From Fibrobacteria bacterium (GTDB taxonomy: Bacteria > Fibrobacterota > Fibrobacteria > UBA11236), in the NCBI GenBank assembly GCA_050486505.1, contig JBJHDK010000025.1:1-31009 (forward strand): a DNA stretch of 31,009 nucleotides, written 5' to 3'. Positions 9,563 to 18,144 of this stretch are shown here, one piece after another. Below the pieces are notes generated by a model, which saw only the letters and a program-made list of their open reading frames with translations, was not told where the DNA came from and made no database searches. Each line of letters opens with the position of its first letter. Positions within the stretch are counted from its first letter, which is position 1. The position numbers were made by a program, and so were the translations under genes.

Positions 9563-10413
9563 AACTCGCCCTTTCCCCCAGGCAGTTGCAACATCTGAGG
9601 GCCTACGCGGAGCCGTTCACGAAAACGCCTCCCGCATTGCTGGGGCACTTCGCCCGGGATGGCTCCGACGGATTCCCGTTCGCCCCGGAATCGGATCGCG
9701 GGCTCGGCGTGATGCTGTTGACCGCGTCGCTTTATCGTCCAGGCGGCGAGGTGGCCGCGGCAAAACTCGTCGCGGGGTTGCATGCGCGATTCGGCAACGA
9801 GATCTTTCGGTTGAACCGCGTGCCTTTCGAAACCTTGCTCGCCGCCGTCGAAGAGCTGTCTCCGGATCTTGAGGAACAGGAACTCAAGCAGATTCCGGGA
9901 GTCCTGCGCAGTGTGTGCGACTTTTTTTTTCGCACCGGCCCGCTCACCGCGTGGCTATCGCCCCCCGCCGATTGGGAAGTCCGGCTTGGCGAGCTTTGCG
10001 GAGAGATTCACCGCATGGGATTGCACTCTCGCACGCGCACGCGCGGGCGCTGGTTTTTTTGGCTCATGTCGCATCAGACCGGGTTTGCCGCGCGCTACCC
10101 CCAAGCCATGACATTCCGGTGGCCGGTGAGTGCGGGGCACATGCGCTTCGTCTATGACATCGCGCGGCCTCCCCGCGCACAGACCCTGCCGTCGCCCGAG
10201 CGAAGGCTCGATACCTTCGCGGAACTTGCCTCCACGGCTTTCCCTGATGAACCGTGGAGGCTCTTCCGTCCGCTCGAGGCGTTTCTCGAGCCCGCGGCGG
10301 GTGGGACCTTTCACTGCCGGGATGCGCAGGGTGGTTGCCGTCGTTGCGCGTTGGCGGCGGAGTGTCCGGCGGCGCAAAACTTTCTCGCGACTGAAGCCGC
10401 GGCGGGAGAATAG
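9559..10413 (+). CDS. Hypothetical protein with C-terminal EndoIII-type [4Fe-4S] motif (possible degenerate HhH-GPD fold)
   Basis: GTG start overlaps the psd TGA (GTGA); C-x6-C-x2-C-x5-C at 10315-10365; PVSAGHMRF resembles the PVD.H..R motif. Confidence 0.65.
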   Translation: MKLALSPRQLQHLRAYAEPFTKTPPALLGHFARDGSDGFPFAPESDRGLGVMLLTASLYRPGGEVAAAKLVAGLHARFGNEIFRLNRVPFETLLAAVEELSPDLEEQELKQIPGVLRSVCDFFFRTGPLTAWLSPPADWEVRLGELCGEIHRMGLHSRTRTRGRWFFWLMSHQTGFAARYPQAMTFRWPVSAGHMRFVYDIARPPRAQTLPSPERRLDTFAELASTAFPDEPWRLFRPLEAFLEPAAGGTFHCRDAQGGCRRCALAAECPAAQNFLATEAAAGE

Positions 10414-10422
10414 GTTTCCGGC

Positions 10423-11238
10423 ATGCGCCCTTACTTCCCGTCATCGTTCTTGTTCCTGCTTTTTGCGGCATGTTCCGAGGGCGGTTTTCGCGGAACCCCT
10501 GAATGGAACGGAATTCCCCTGACACCGGTCCCGCACGCGGAAGCCTCCCCCGACGGCGGGATGCCCGCGCAAGGCGTCGCCCCGCTCCGCCTTCTGCAAA
10601 CGGAGGGACGGGACGGGGGGCCGGCGATGGAGTTACGGGAGTTTTCGGGGATCGCCGCGGCATACCTTGCCTTTCAGGAACTCGCGTCCTCCAGGGAGGA
10701 ATTCCGCGCAGGCTTCGTCATTCGCGGTGAGCATGTGCACTTCGTGCGTGGTCGCTGGATGGGGAGTATGGCACTTGCCGATTGGCCCGGTCACGATGCG
10801 CTTTGGGCCTCATTGGTGTTGCCCGTCCGCCGGGGGGAAGAGGGGCATGTTCCCGGGGCATTCGCTTCGATGCTGCACCACGGCAGATTTTCAGGCTCGG
10901 AGCGCATCCTCGTTCACGAGTTTCTGGGCCACCCTCTGGAGTTCGCGGTCTTCGCGGTCCTACTCGATTGCCATGGCGATCCTGCATGGCTGTACGCCTC
11001 GGCACGCGCATCCGATGCTCTGAAGGAACATGTCCGGCGAGTGGCGGACGAGGCCGCGCAGGGTTCGCAGCACGGTTTCGGGGGGCCGTTGGAAGCACAT
11101 TTCGCCGGCCGCGGAATGGTTGTGGTCGAGGGGTGTTTCGATGAAAGTCTGGCCCGATTCTGGCTCCAGGCGCAATCGAGAGCCCTAAAACGGCTGAAAT
11201 TGAAGGGCAGCGGCGAAATTTTCAGAAATTTCGATTGA
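10423..11238 (+). CDS. Hypothetical lipoprotein
   Basis: Signal peptide MRPYFPSSFLFLLFAA-C with lipobox-like FAAC; fills the gap between neighbouring same-strand genes. Confidence 0.65.
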   Translation: MRPYFPSSFLFLLFAACSEGGFRGTPEWNGIPLTPVPHAEASPDGGMPAQGVAPLRLLQTEGRDGGPAMELREFSGIAAAYLAFQELASSREEFRAGFVIRGEHVHFVRGRWMGSMALADWPGHDALWASLVLPVRRGEEGHVPGAFASMLHHGRFSGSERILVHEFLGHPLEFAVFAVLLDCHGDPAWLYASARASDALKEHVRRVADEAAQGSQHGFGGPLEAHFAGRGMVVVEGCFDESLARFWLQAQSRALKRLKLKGSGEIFRNFD

Positions 11239-11264
11239 CAATCGCCCTGTTTCGGCGATATTTA
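11235..11264 (+). promoter_or_regulatory. Putative promoter of the histone-like gene
   Basis: Perfect TTGACA at 11235-11240, then AT-rich GATATTTAG about 16-18 nt downstream; SD AAGGAG at 11297-11302. Confidence 0.5.
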
Positions 11265-11307
11265 GTGGCAACGGTCGTTTTTACCGTTTTTCCACAAAGG
11301 AGTGCCC

Positions 11308-11493
11308 ATGAGTCACATTCAGGCCCTTGAAAACGAAATCGCCGCCCTGAAGGAAGAGTTCGAGAAGTTCGAGCGCGGCAACAAGTCCGCTGGAACCCGC
11401 GCGCGCAAGGTCCTTCAGAACATCAAGCGTATTTCGCAGGAAATCCGCGTGCAGATTCAGACTGCGAAGAAGGGCGACTCCGCCGAATCGTGA
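11308..11493 (+). CDS. Small basic Hc1/'histone H1'-like DNA-binding protein (61 aa)
   Basis: Signature FE.GNKSAGTRARK.LQ.IK...QE.R resembles the N-terminal domain of chlamydial Hc1 and short Bacteroidota 'histone H1' proteins; strong RBS. Confidence 0.8.
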   Translation: MSHIQALENEIAALKEEFEKFERGNKSAGTRARKVLQNIKRISQEIRVQIQTAKKGDSAES

Positions 11494-11535
11494 AAGAGCG
11501 TTCCGGCTTGCGTCGTGCTTTGTGGAGCACGACGG

Positions 11536-11572
11536 AAGAAAGGGCACCCCTCCGGGGCGCCCTTTCTTGTTT
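11536..11572 (+). terminator. Intrinsic terminator after the histone-like gene
   Basis: AAGAAAGGGCACCCC-tcc-GGGGCGCCCTTTCTT stem (one mismatch) followed by GTTT. Confidence 0.75.
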
Positions 11573-11675
11573 GGTGGCCGAAGACATGAGTTCCTGTTCC
11601 CCGAAACGTCCTCGTTAATTTTGCCACTTTTGCTAGGTTATGCCCGTTAACGCATTTTTTAAAGGGGTTTCGCAC

Positions 11676-12698
11676 GTGTTCGGATTCATTTCAAGCGATA
11701 TCGGAATCGACCTGGGAACCGCGAATACCCTGGTGCACGTTGCCGGACGCGGTGTCGTCATCAATGAGCCCTCGGTCGTCGCCGTGGATCGTCGCAGCAA
11801 CAAAGTGATCGCCATCGGAAACGAGGCCAAGCAAATGCTCGGCCGTACTCCCGGGGAAATCATCGCCGTGCGTCCGATGAAGGACGGGGTGATCGCCGAC
11901 TTCCAGTTGGTTGAGAGCCTCCTCACGCGGCTCATCAAAACGGCACAGAAGTATCCGCTCTTTTTCCTGCGGCCGCGCATCGTGGTCGGCGTGCCCTCGG
12001 GCATTACCGAGGTGGAGAAGCGCGCGGTGCTTGATGCGGCGCGCAAGGCCGGCGCGCGCGAGGTGCACCTCGTGGCGGAACCGATGGCGGCTGCGATCGG
12101 CATGGGCATTCCCGTCGAGGATCCCAGCGGCAACATGATCATCGACATCGGAGGAGGCACCTCCGAGATCGCGGTGATCGCCCTCTACGGCATTGTATGC
12201 GATACTTCGGTGCGCGTGGGCGGCGACGAGATGGATGAGGCGATCATCAGCTATCTCAAGAAGAACTACAACCTGCTCGTGGGCGAGAGCATGGCCGAGA
12301 AAATCAAGATGACGATCGGATCCGCCTATCCGCTCGATCCTGAACTCGAGATGGAGGTCAAGGGTCGCGACCTGGTGGCCGGTGTCCCGCATACCCTCAA
12401 GCTGACCTCCGCGGAAATCCGCGAAGCACTGGCTGAGCCGGTGAATGCGATCGTGGAAGCCGTGCGGCACGCACTCGAACAGACGCCCCCCGAGCTTTCC
12501 GCCGATCTGATGGACAAGGGGATTGTCATGACGGGTGGCGGCGCTCAATTGCGCGGCCTCGATGAACTGCTTCGCCGCGAAACAGGGCTTCCCGTCAACG
12601 TGATCGACGACCCGTTGGTCTGCGTCTGCAAGGGGACTGCGCGCATTCTCGAGGACATGGACAAGTATTACAAGGTCCTCATGGACTCGCAGCGCTGA
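11676..12698 (+). CDS. mreB: Rod shape-determining protein MreB
   Basis: DIGIDLGTANT, EPSVVA, RPMKDGVIADF, EPMAAAIG, DIGGGT, TGGGA; GTG start after AAAGGGG. Confidence 0.97.
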   Translation: MFGFISSDIGIDLGTANTLVHVAGRGVVINEPSVVAVDRRSNKVIAIGNEAKQMLGRTPGEIIAVRPMKDGVIADFQLVESLLTRLIKTAQKYPLFFLRPRIVVGVPSGITEVEKRAVLDAARKAGAREVHLVAEPMAAAIGMGIPVEDPSGNMIIDIGGGTSEIAVIALYGIVCDTSVRVGGDEMDEAIISYLKKNYNLLVGESMAEKIKMTIGSAYPLDPELEMEVKGRDLVAGVPHTLKLTSAEIREALAEPVNAIVEAVRHALEQTPPELSADLMDKGIVMTGGGAQLRGLDELLRRETGLPVNVIDDPLVCVCKGTARILEDMDKYYKVLMDSQR

Positions 12699-12756
12699 AT
12701 CGTCATTTCTCGCGCACGGGGTCGTGCGGGGCGGGTTCCAACGGAGAGTCTTCACG

Positions 12757-13590
12757 GTGAACATACTGGAGTGGCTGCGCAAGGCTTTGACCGCATGGAA
12801 CGGCGTCTTCTCGTTCTTACTTGCGATCGTTTTTTCCGCGGCGCTGATCTCCCTCGACGCGGCGGGCAAGCGCGTGTTTCACGAAGTGATGGTCGGAACC
12901 TTCCTCCGTCCCGTGCACGCTGTGCTTTCGCGCTTTGACGGCACGCTGCTCGTGCATCGCACGAATGTGCGCCTGACCCAGGAGAACGTCGCCTTGCGGC
13001 TCGAGAACGACATGCTTCGACAGGCGATCAGGCAGATCCCGCGCCTGGAAGAGATGGAACGCTTCCGCGCGGCGACCGACCTGCGGTTGAAGCCGGCGCG
13101 CGTGATCGCCCAAGATCCGGGACGGTTTCAGGCTGCCTGGCTGATCGACCTCGGCAGGGCCGATTCCGTGGCGGTGAGCATGCCGGTCGTGACCGCGCGC
13201 GGCATCATCGGCAAAACCGCACGCGTGCATCATCGGCACACTCTGGTGCAACTCCTCTCCGATCCCGGCTTCAAGGTTTCCGTCCAGTCCGATCGCAGCC
13301 GTGCGCGCGGGATCATGGAGACCGACGGCCCCGGACGGCTGGTAGCGCGTTTTCCTGTCGGATCGGACGTAGCCTTGGGGGATACCCTCGTGACCACGGG
13401 TTTGGGAGGCGTGTTCCCGAAGGGCCTTCGCATCGGAGAAACCCAGCGCGAGGTCACCCGGCAGGAGCAGGAACACCAGGATGTGCTGCGTTCCTTCAGG
13501 ATCAGGCCTTTCCAGGAATTGAACACCGTCGAGGAATTGTTCGTCCTGATCGAGGAGGATCGCTGGATCCTTGGAGACACGCTGCCATGA
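12757..13590 (+). CDS. mreC: Rod shape-determining protein MreC
   Basis: N-terminal TM and coiled coil (L.QEN..LR.EN), IDLG...V...MPVVT..GIIGK, GDTLVTTGLGGVFPKGL.IG; synteny. Confidence 0.92.
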   Translation: MNILEWLRKALTAWNGVFSFLLAIVFSAALISLDAAGKRVFHEVMVGTFLRPVHAVLSRFDGTLLVHRTNVRLTQENVALRLENDMLRQAIRQIPRLEEMERFRAATDLRLKPARVIAQDPGRFQAAWLIDLGRADSVAVSMPVVTARGIIGKTARVHHRHTLVQLLSDPGFKVSVQSDRSRARGIMETDGPGRLVARFPVGSDVALGDTLVTTGLGGVFPKGLRIGETQREVTRQEQEHQDVLRSFRIRPFQELNTVEELFVLIEEDRWILGDTLP

Positions 13591-14084
13591 AGACCCGTAT
13601 CCCGCGCACGGATTTGCTGATCGACGTTCTCTTGCTGGTGGGAGCTCTGGTCTTGCAGCAAACCCTGGCGCGATGGGCGGCCATCGGCACCGTGCGCCCC
13701 GACCTGACCCTCATCGCCCTGACGGCAGTGGCCCTGCGGCGTGGCCCGGTAGGCGGGCTCTACGCGGGACTTTTCCTCGGGCTTGTCCAGGACGTCTATG
13801 CCGTTTCCACACTGGGGGCCGGAATGCTGGCTAAATCCCTGGTGGGGTATGCCCTTGGGTTCTTCGAGGATCGGGTGATGAAGGTCATGGCTGCGACCCG
13901 CATGCTTCTGCTGGCCGCGGCGCTCGCCGTGCATGACCTGGCTTACTTCGCGGCCGCGGGATATCGAGGCGTGCAGTTTTGGGACGCGATGCTGCGGCAT
14001 TCGCTCCCCTCCGCGGTTTACACCCTGGTTCTCGGTGGCGTGCTGTTCTATCTCGCGGCCGGCTTCAGGTCACGGGAGGCGTGA
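13587..14084 (+). CDS. mreD: Rod shape-determining protein MreD
   Basis: Hydrophobic, RPDL.LI, G.FLGLVQD; ATGA overlap with mreC. Confidence 0.9.
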   Translation: MKTRIPRTDLLIDVLLLVGALVLQQTLARWAAIGTVRPDLTLIALTAVALRRGPVGGLYAGLFLGLVQDVYAVSTLGAGMLAKSLVGYALGFFEDRVMKVMAATRMLLLAAALAVHDLAYFAAAGYRGVQFWDAMLRHSLPSAVYTLVLGGVLFYLAAGFRSREA

Positions 14085-14088
14085 GCGG

Positions 14089-15942
14089 TTGCGGTCATCG
14101 TATTCCAATCCCCTCGATGACATCCAGTACCGCCGCAACGCGGCAAGGATGTTGTTCTGGGTCCTGTTGTTCGCCGCCGTTGCGCTTTCAGCGCGTCTGT
14201 TTTACCTGCAGGTCGTGCAGGGGGAGTATCATCAATCGCTCTCGGAACAGAACAGCATTCGCCTGCAGGTGATCAAGGCGCCGCGGGGCCTGATCTACGA
14301 CCGAAACGGAACCATCATCGCGAGCAACCGCCCCAGCTACCAGATCGCCATCATGCCGACCGAGTTGCGGCGCGACGAACCGGTACTGGAAAGGCTTTTG
14401 CGGTTTCGCGATGCTGCGGGAACGCGTCTCTTCGATTCCGCCCACGTTGCCTGGACACTGGAGCGGGCTCGTTGGCGGCGTTTTCAACCCCTCGTGATTT
14501 TCGAAGACGCGCCCTTCGAGGTCGTGTCACTGGTGGAGGAACACCAGTCGTTGCTCCCCGGCGTGGTCACGCTCGTCGAGTCGCGCCGCACCTACCCGTT
14601 CGGAACCGCCGCGGCCCATGTCCTCGGATATCTCGACGAGGTCAAGGAAGACGAACTGGGGTTGCCCCATGGAATCTCCGCTTCCGATACGACGGTCTCG
14701 CCCTACGAGCGGGGGGATCGCATCGGGCGCAAGGGGCTTGAACGCCAGTACGAGCGTTACTTCAGGGGGCGCGACGGCATGCGCTACGTGAAGGTCAACG
14801 CCTTCGGTCGCCAGATCGGTGTGGTCGAAAGCATGCCGAGCCGGTCTCCGCAGCCCGGGAAGAACGTCTACACCACGCTCGACATGGAGCTTCAGCTCCT
14901 GGCTGAGACCCTGTTGCCCGATTCGGTGAGGGGAGCCATCGTTGCCTTGGATCCGCGCAACGGCGAGGTGCTTGTCATGGTCTCATCTCCCCGGATGGAC
15001 GGGAACGTCTTCTCGCTCAGTCGTGAACGCAGGGCCAGGGAGTGGGCGCGCCTTGCCCTGGATCCGGGACGCCCGCTCAACAATCGAGCGGTCAACGGTG
15101 GCTACGAGCCCGCGTCGACGTTCAAGGCCGTCACGGGGCTGGCCGGCGTGAGAACGGGCATCGACCCCATGGCATACATGCCGCGTGCTTGTACGGGAGG
15201 TTTTCGGTTCGGGAACAGGGTATGGCGTTGCTGGGATCACCGCGGACACGGCTTCACGAATGCAATCTCCGCGTTCGCGGTTTCGTGCGATGTCTATTAC
15301 TACCAACTCGGTCTCGCAGTGGGCATGGATCGCATCAACGCCGTGGCGCGGCGATTCGGCTTCGGGTCGCGCACGGGAATCGACCTTGAGGGCGACCGCG
15401 AAGGACTTCTGATCGATTCGGCAACCTACACCGCCCTGCATTCCCGTCGGGGTTGGCAATGGTCCAGGGGCCAGATCCTGAATCTTTCGATGGGGCAGGG
15501 GCAGATCGCAACGCCGCTCCAGTTGGCGAATTACATGGCCGGCATGGCCAACGGGCACGTGATTTACCGTCCGCGCCTGCTGAGGGAGGTGCGCGAGGCC
15601 CGCGGTCATTTCGTCACGCGTTCGGAGGCTTCTGTCCTGCATGAGATCGGTCTCGACGACTCAGAGCGCGAGCTCTTGCGCAAGTCCCTGTCGGAAGTGG
15701 TCAACGGCCAGAAGGGGACGGGCTGGCGCGCACGCGTGCCCGGGATCTGGGTCGGGGGAAAGACCGGTTCGGCGCAGAATCCCCACGGAGATGTGACGCA
15801 CGCCATCTTCGTGGGGGCTGCACCGCTCGACGACCCGCGCATTGCCGTGGCCATCGTCTTGGAAAATGCCGGCGGGGGCGGAGCCGTCGCGGCGCCCATC
15901 GCGGGTGCCCTTATGCGGAGGTATTTCGAAGATGCCCGGTAG
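14089..15942 (+). CDS. mrdA: Penicillin-binding protein 2 (class B transpeptidase)
   Basis: RLFYLQVVQG, APRGLIYDRNG, dimerisation domain, PASTFK (SxxK), SCD, GKTGSAQ (KTG); TTG start inferred. Confidence 0.95.
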   Translation: MRSSYSNPLDDIQYRRNAARMLFWVLLFAAVALSARLFYLQVVQGEYHQSLSEQNSIRLQVIKAPRGLIYDRNGTIIASNRPSYQIAIMPTELRRDEPVLERLLRFRDAAGTRLFDSAHVAWTLERARWRRFQPLVIFEDAPFEVVSLVEEHQSLLPGVVTLVESRRTYPFGTAAAHVLGYLDEVKEDELGLPHGISASDTTVSPYERGDRIGRKGLERQYERYFRGRDGMRYVKVNAFGRQIGVVESMPSRSPQPGKNVYTTLDMELQLLAETLLPDSVRGAIVALDPRNGEVLVMVSSPRMDGNVFSLSRERRAREWARLALDPGRPLNNRAVNGGYEPASTFKAVTGLAGVRTGIDPMAYMPRACTGGFRFGNRVWRCWDHRGHGFTNAISAFAVSCDVYYYQLGLAVGMDRINAVARRFGFGSRTGIDLEGDREGLLIDSATYTALHSRRGWQWSRGQILNLSMGQGQIATPLQLANYMAGMANGHVIYRPRLLREVREARGHFVTRSEASVLHEIGLDDSERELLRKSLSEVVNGQKGTGWRARVPGIWVGGKTGSAQNPHGDVTHAIFVGAAPLDDPRIAVAIVLENAGGGGAVAAPIAGALMRRYFEDAR

Positions 15943-17152
15943 GGAAAAGCGCTCATCAAGCCTTGACTGGCTCATGCTGGGAGCCTTCGCCCTCTTGTTG
16001 GCGATCGGGCTTCTCGCCGTATACTCGGCGACGGCCCACGTTCCCGCCTCGGGCTTCTGGCAGAAGCAGATGGTATACGCCGGCATTGGCCTTGTTTTGA
16101 TGGCGGGTGTTTACCTGATTCCCCCAAGCTGGTTTTACGCCGCAGCGTACCCCCTTTACCTGCTTTCGTTGCTGCCGCTCCTGTACATCATCCTTTTCAA
16201 GGGCGACGCCGTGGAGCGTTGGATCAGCCTTCCGGGCGGGCTCAATCTTCAGCCGAGTGAGTTGACGAAGGTGGCGTTGTTGTTGGCGATGGCCCGCCTG
16301 CTCTCCTTCCAGCCCGTGTCCCTGGCGAGACCGGGCACGTTGGTGATGCCCTTCCTTCTGTTCCTTGTTCCCTTCGTTCTGGTGTTGATGCAGCCGAACC
16401 TCAGCACGGCACTCAGCTTCGTCGTCATGGGAATCATGATGGCTTTTTTCGCGGGGCTTTCGGTTCGCGACGTATTCTTCCTCGCTTCGCCGGCGCTTTC
16501 CGTCATCCTGACCTTCAATCAACTGGCCTGGGCGACCTTGTTCATCGTCCTGCTCGTTGTCATGTGGCGTACACGTGCCGCCCTGAGAAGCGTGATTTTC
16601 TGGCTGTCGGCCAACATCGCCTCGGGGTATGCGGCGATTTTCGTGTGGAATCGTGTTCTCTTTCCGCATCAGCGCGATCGTATCCTGACATTCGTGGATC
16701 CGCATCTCGACCCCCAAGGCGCGGGATACCAAGTGATCCAGAGCATGGTCGCAATCGGTTCGGGCGGAGCTTTCGGGAAAGGGTTCCTGCACGGAACACA
16801 GACCAACTTGAGCTTTCTCCCCGAGCAGCACAATGATTTCATCTTCTCGGTCATCGGCGAACAGTTCGGTTTCGTGGGAGCGGTGCTTGTGCTTGGTCTC
16901 TTCGTGCTGCTGCTGCAGCGGATTCTGGTCGTCGCAATGGACACGCGCAGCCGCTTCACCGCGTTGGCCGCCGTGGGACTGGTGGGAATTTTCTCCTTTC
17001 ACGTGCTCGTGAACATTTCCATGACGATGGGCATGATGCCTGTCACGGGGCTTCCGCTTCCGTTTATTTCGTATGGAGGTTCCTTCCTGATTTCCTGCAT
17101 GCTCATGCTCGGGATCGTCATCAATCTCAGGGCGCACGGCGAACACGTCTAG
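15932..17152 (+). CDS. rodA: SEDS glycosyltransferase RodA
   Basis: RWI, QPSE..K, QPNLST, GYQVIQS..AIGSGG, FLPEQHNDFIFSVIGEQFG, PVTGLPLPFISYGGS. Confidence 0.95.
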   Translation: MPGREKRSSSLDWLMLGAFALLLAIGLLAVYSATAHVPASGFWQKQMVYAGIGLVLMAGVYLIPPSWFYAAAYPLYLLSLLPLLYIILFKGDAVERWISLPGGLNLQPSELTKVALLLAMARLLSFQPVSLARPGTLVMPFLLFLVPFVLVLMQPNLSTALSFVVMGIMMAFFAGLSVRDVFFLASPALSVILTFNQLAWATLFIVLLVVMWRTRAALRSVIFWLSANIASGYAAIFVWNRVLFPHQRDRILTFVDPHLDPQGAGYQVIQSMVAIGSGGAFGKGFLHGTQTNLSFLPEQHNDFIFSVIGEQFGFVGAVLVLGLFVLLLQRILVVAMDTRSRFTALAAVGLVGIFSFHVLVNISMTMGMMPVTGLPLPFISYGGSFLISCMLMLGIVINLRAHGEHV

Positions 17153-17219
17153 GCCGATTCGGGGGAGCGCCCGGTTGCGAAGCCGTGCCGGGGAAACGTC
17201 AAAGTCGCGGAGGTTCTTC

Positions 17220-17963
17220 ATGCCGTTCCGCCCCCGCCGTTCCCTTCCGTCGCGCATCTTCAGGCGCATCCGTTTCCTCGAAGATTGGCTTCTTCCCCCG
17301 GTGTGCCTGCATTGCGGGTTGCGCAAGCGCGCTGCCTTGGATCTGTGTCTTGCCTGTCTGCGCGTGCTGCGGGGTTCCCGGCCCGAGGAGGACGAAGCCG
17401 TGACGGGGTTTCCCTGGATCCGCGCGTTGTTCCGTCTCACTCCGCCACTGCAGACCGTGATCCACGGATTCAAGTATCGTCATCAACGTCGCCTGATCGT
17501 CTTCCTTTGCGGTTGGTTGCATTGGCGAAGGGCCTGGATCGCCGACACGCCCCGAACCTACGATGCCGTGATCGCGGTGCCGTTGCACCCGGCGCGCGAG
17601 CGGGAGCGTGGATACAACCAGGCTCGTGAGATGGCCCGCGCCGTCTCTGCCCTGTGCGGAATGCGCGAGGTTCGTTCGCCGTTGCGACGCGTACGGTTTA
17701 CGGGAACGCAGACACGCCTGCGCGGCGGGGCGCGGCATGACAACCTGGAGGATGCCTTTCGGGTCGATTCCTGCCGGGTCGCGGGAAAGAGGTTCTTGCT
17801 GGTGGATGATGTTTGTACGACGGGCAGTACGCTGACGCATTGCCGCGATGCCTTGTTGCGGGCCGGCGCCGCGCGCGTCGATGCACTGGTGCTGGCGCGG
17901 GTCGAAAAACAGGGGAGAGGGGGAGCCCCCGATATTGAGGGAGCTTCCGGGTTCTTTTCGTGA
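17220..17963 (+). CDS. comF: ComF family protein (zinc ribbon + PRTase-like domain)
   Basis: CLHC...LCLAC, VPLH..RERERGYNQA, LLVDDVCTTGST; RBS GGAGG before ATG 17220. Confidence 0.88.
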   Translation: MPFRPRRSLPSRIFRRIRFLEDWLLPPVCLHCGLRKRAALDLCLACLRVLRGSRPEEDEAVTGFPWIRALFRLTPPLQTVIHGFKYRHQRRLIVFLCGWLHWRRAWIADTPRTYDAVIAVPLHPARERERGYNQAREMARAVSALCGMREVRSPLRRVRFTGTQTRLRGGARHDNLEDAFRVDSCRVAGKRFLLVDDVCTTGSTLTHCRDALLRAGAARVDALVLARVEKQGRGGAPDIEGASGFFS

Positions 17964-17991
17964 ATGGGAGCGCGGGAGAACGGGAAGCGGG

Positions 17992-18075
17992 TGGCGGAGG
18001 GTGAGGGACTCGAACCCCCAAGCCTTGCGGCGGCGGTTTTCAAGACCGCTGACTTACCAGTTAGCCTAACCCTCC
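17992..18075 (-). tRNA. tRNA-Ser (anticodon TGA), CCA encoded
   Basis: Reverse complement GGAGGGT...GCGGT-CTTGAAA-ACCGC...GGGGGTTCGAGTCCCTC-ACCCTCC-GCCA; discriminator G; variable arm GCC-GCAA-GGC. Confidence 0.92.
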
Positions 18076-18144
18076 GGGACGGGCAAAGATAGCTCGGAAT
18101 GCGCGAGGCTGCATTCAGAAGGCCCTGGCGTTGATTGCGGAATT

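Noticed and set aside
17992..18075. Possible selenocysteine or opal-suppressor tRNA
   Set aside because: On the coding (minus) strand the anticodon is TGA, which reads Ser UCA, not TCA; the acceptor stem is 7 bp and there is no Sec-type long arm
8553..18075. Genomic island integrated at tRNA-Leu or tRNA-Ser
   Set aside because: No integrase, no duplicated tRNA 3' end noticed, and the flanking genes are core housekeeping genes
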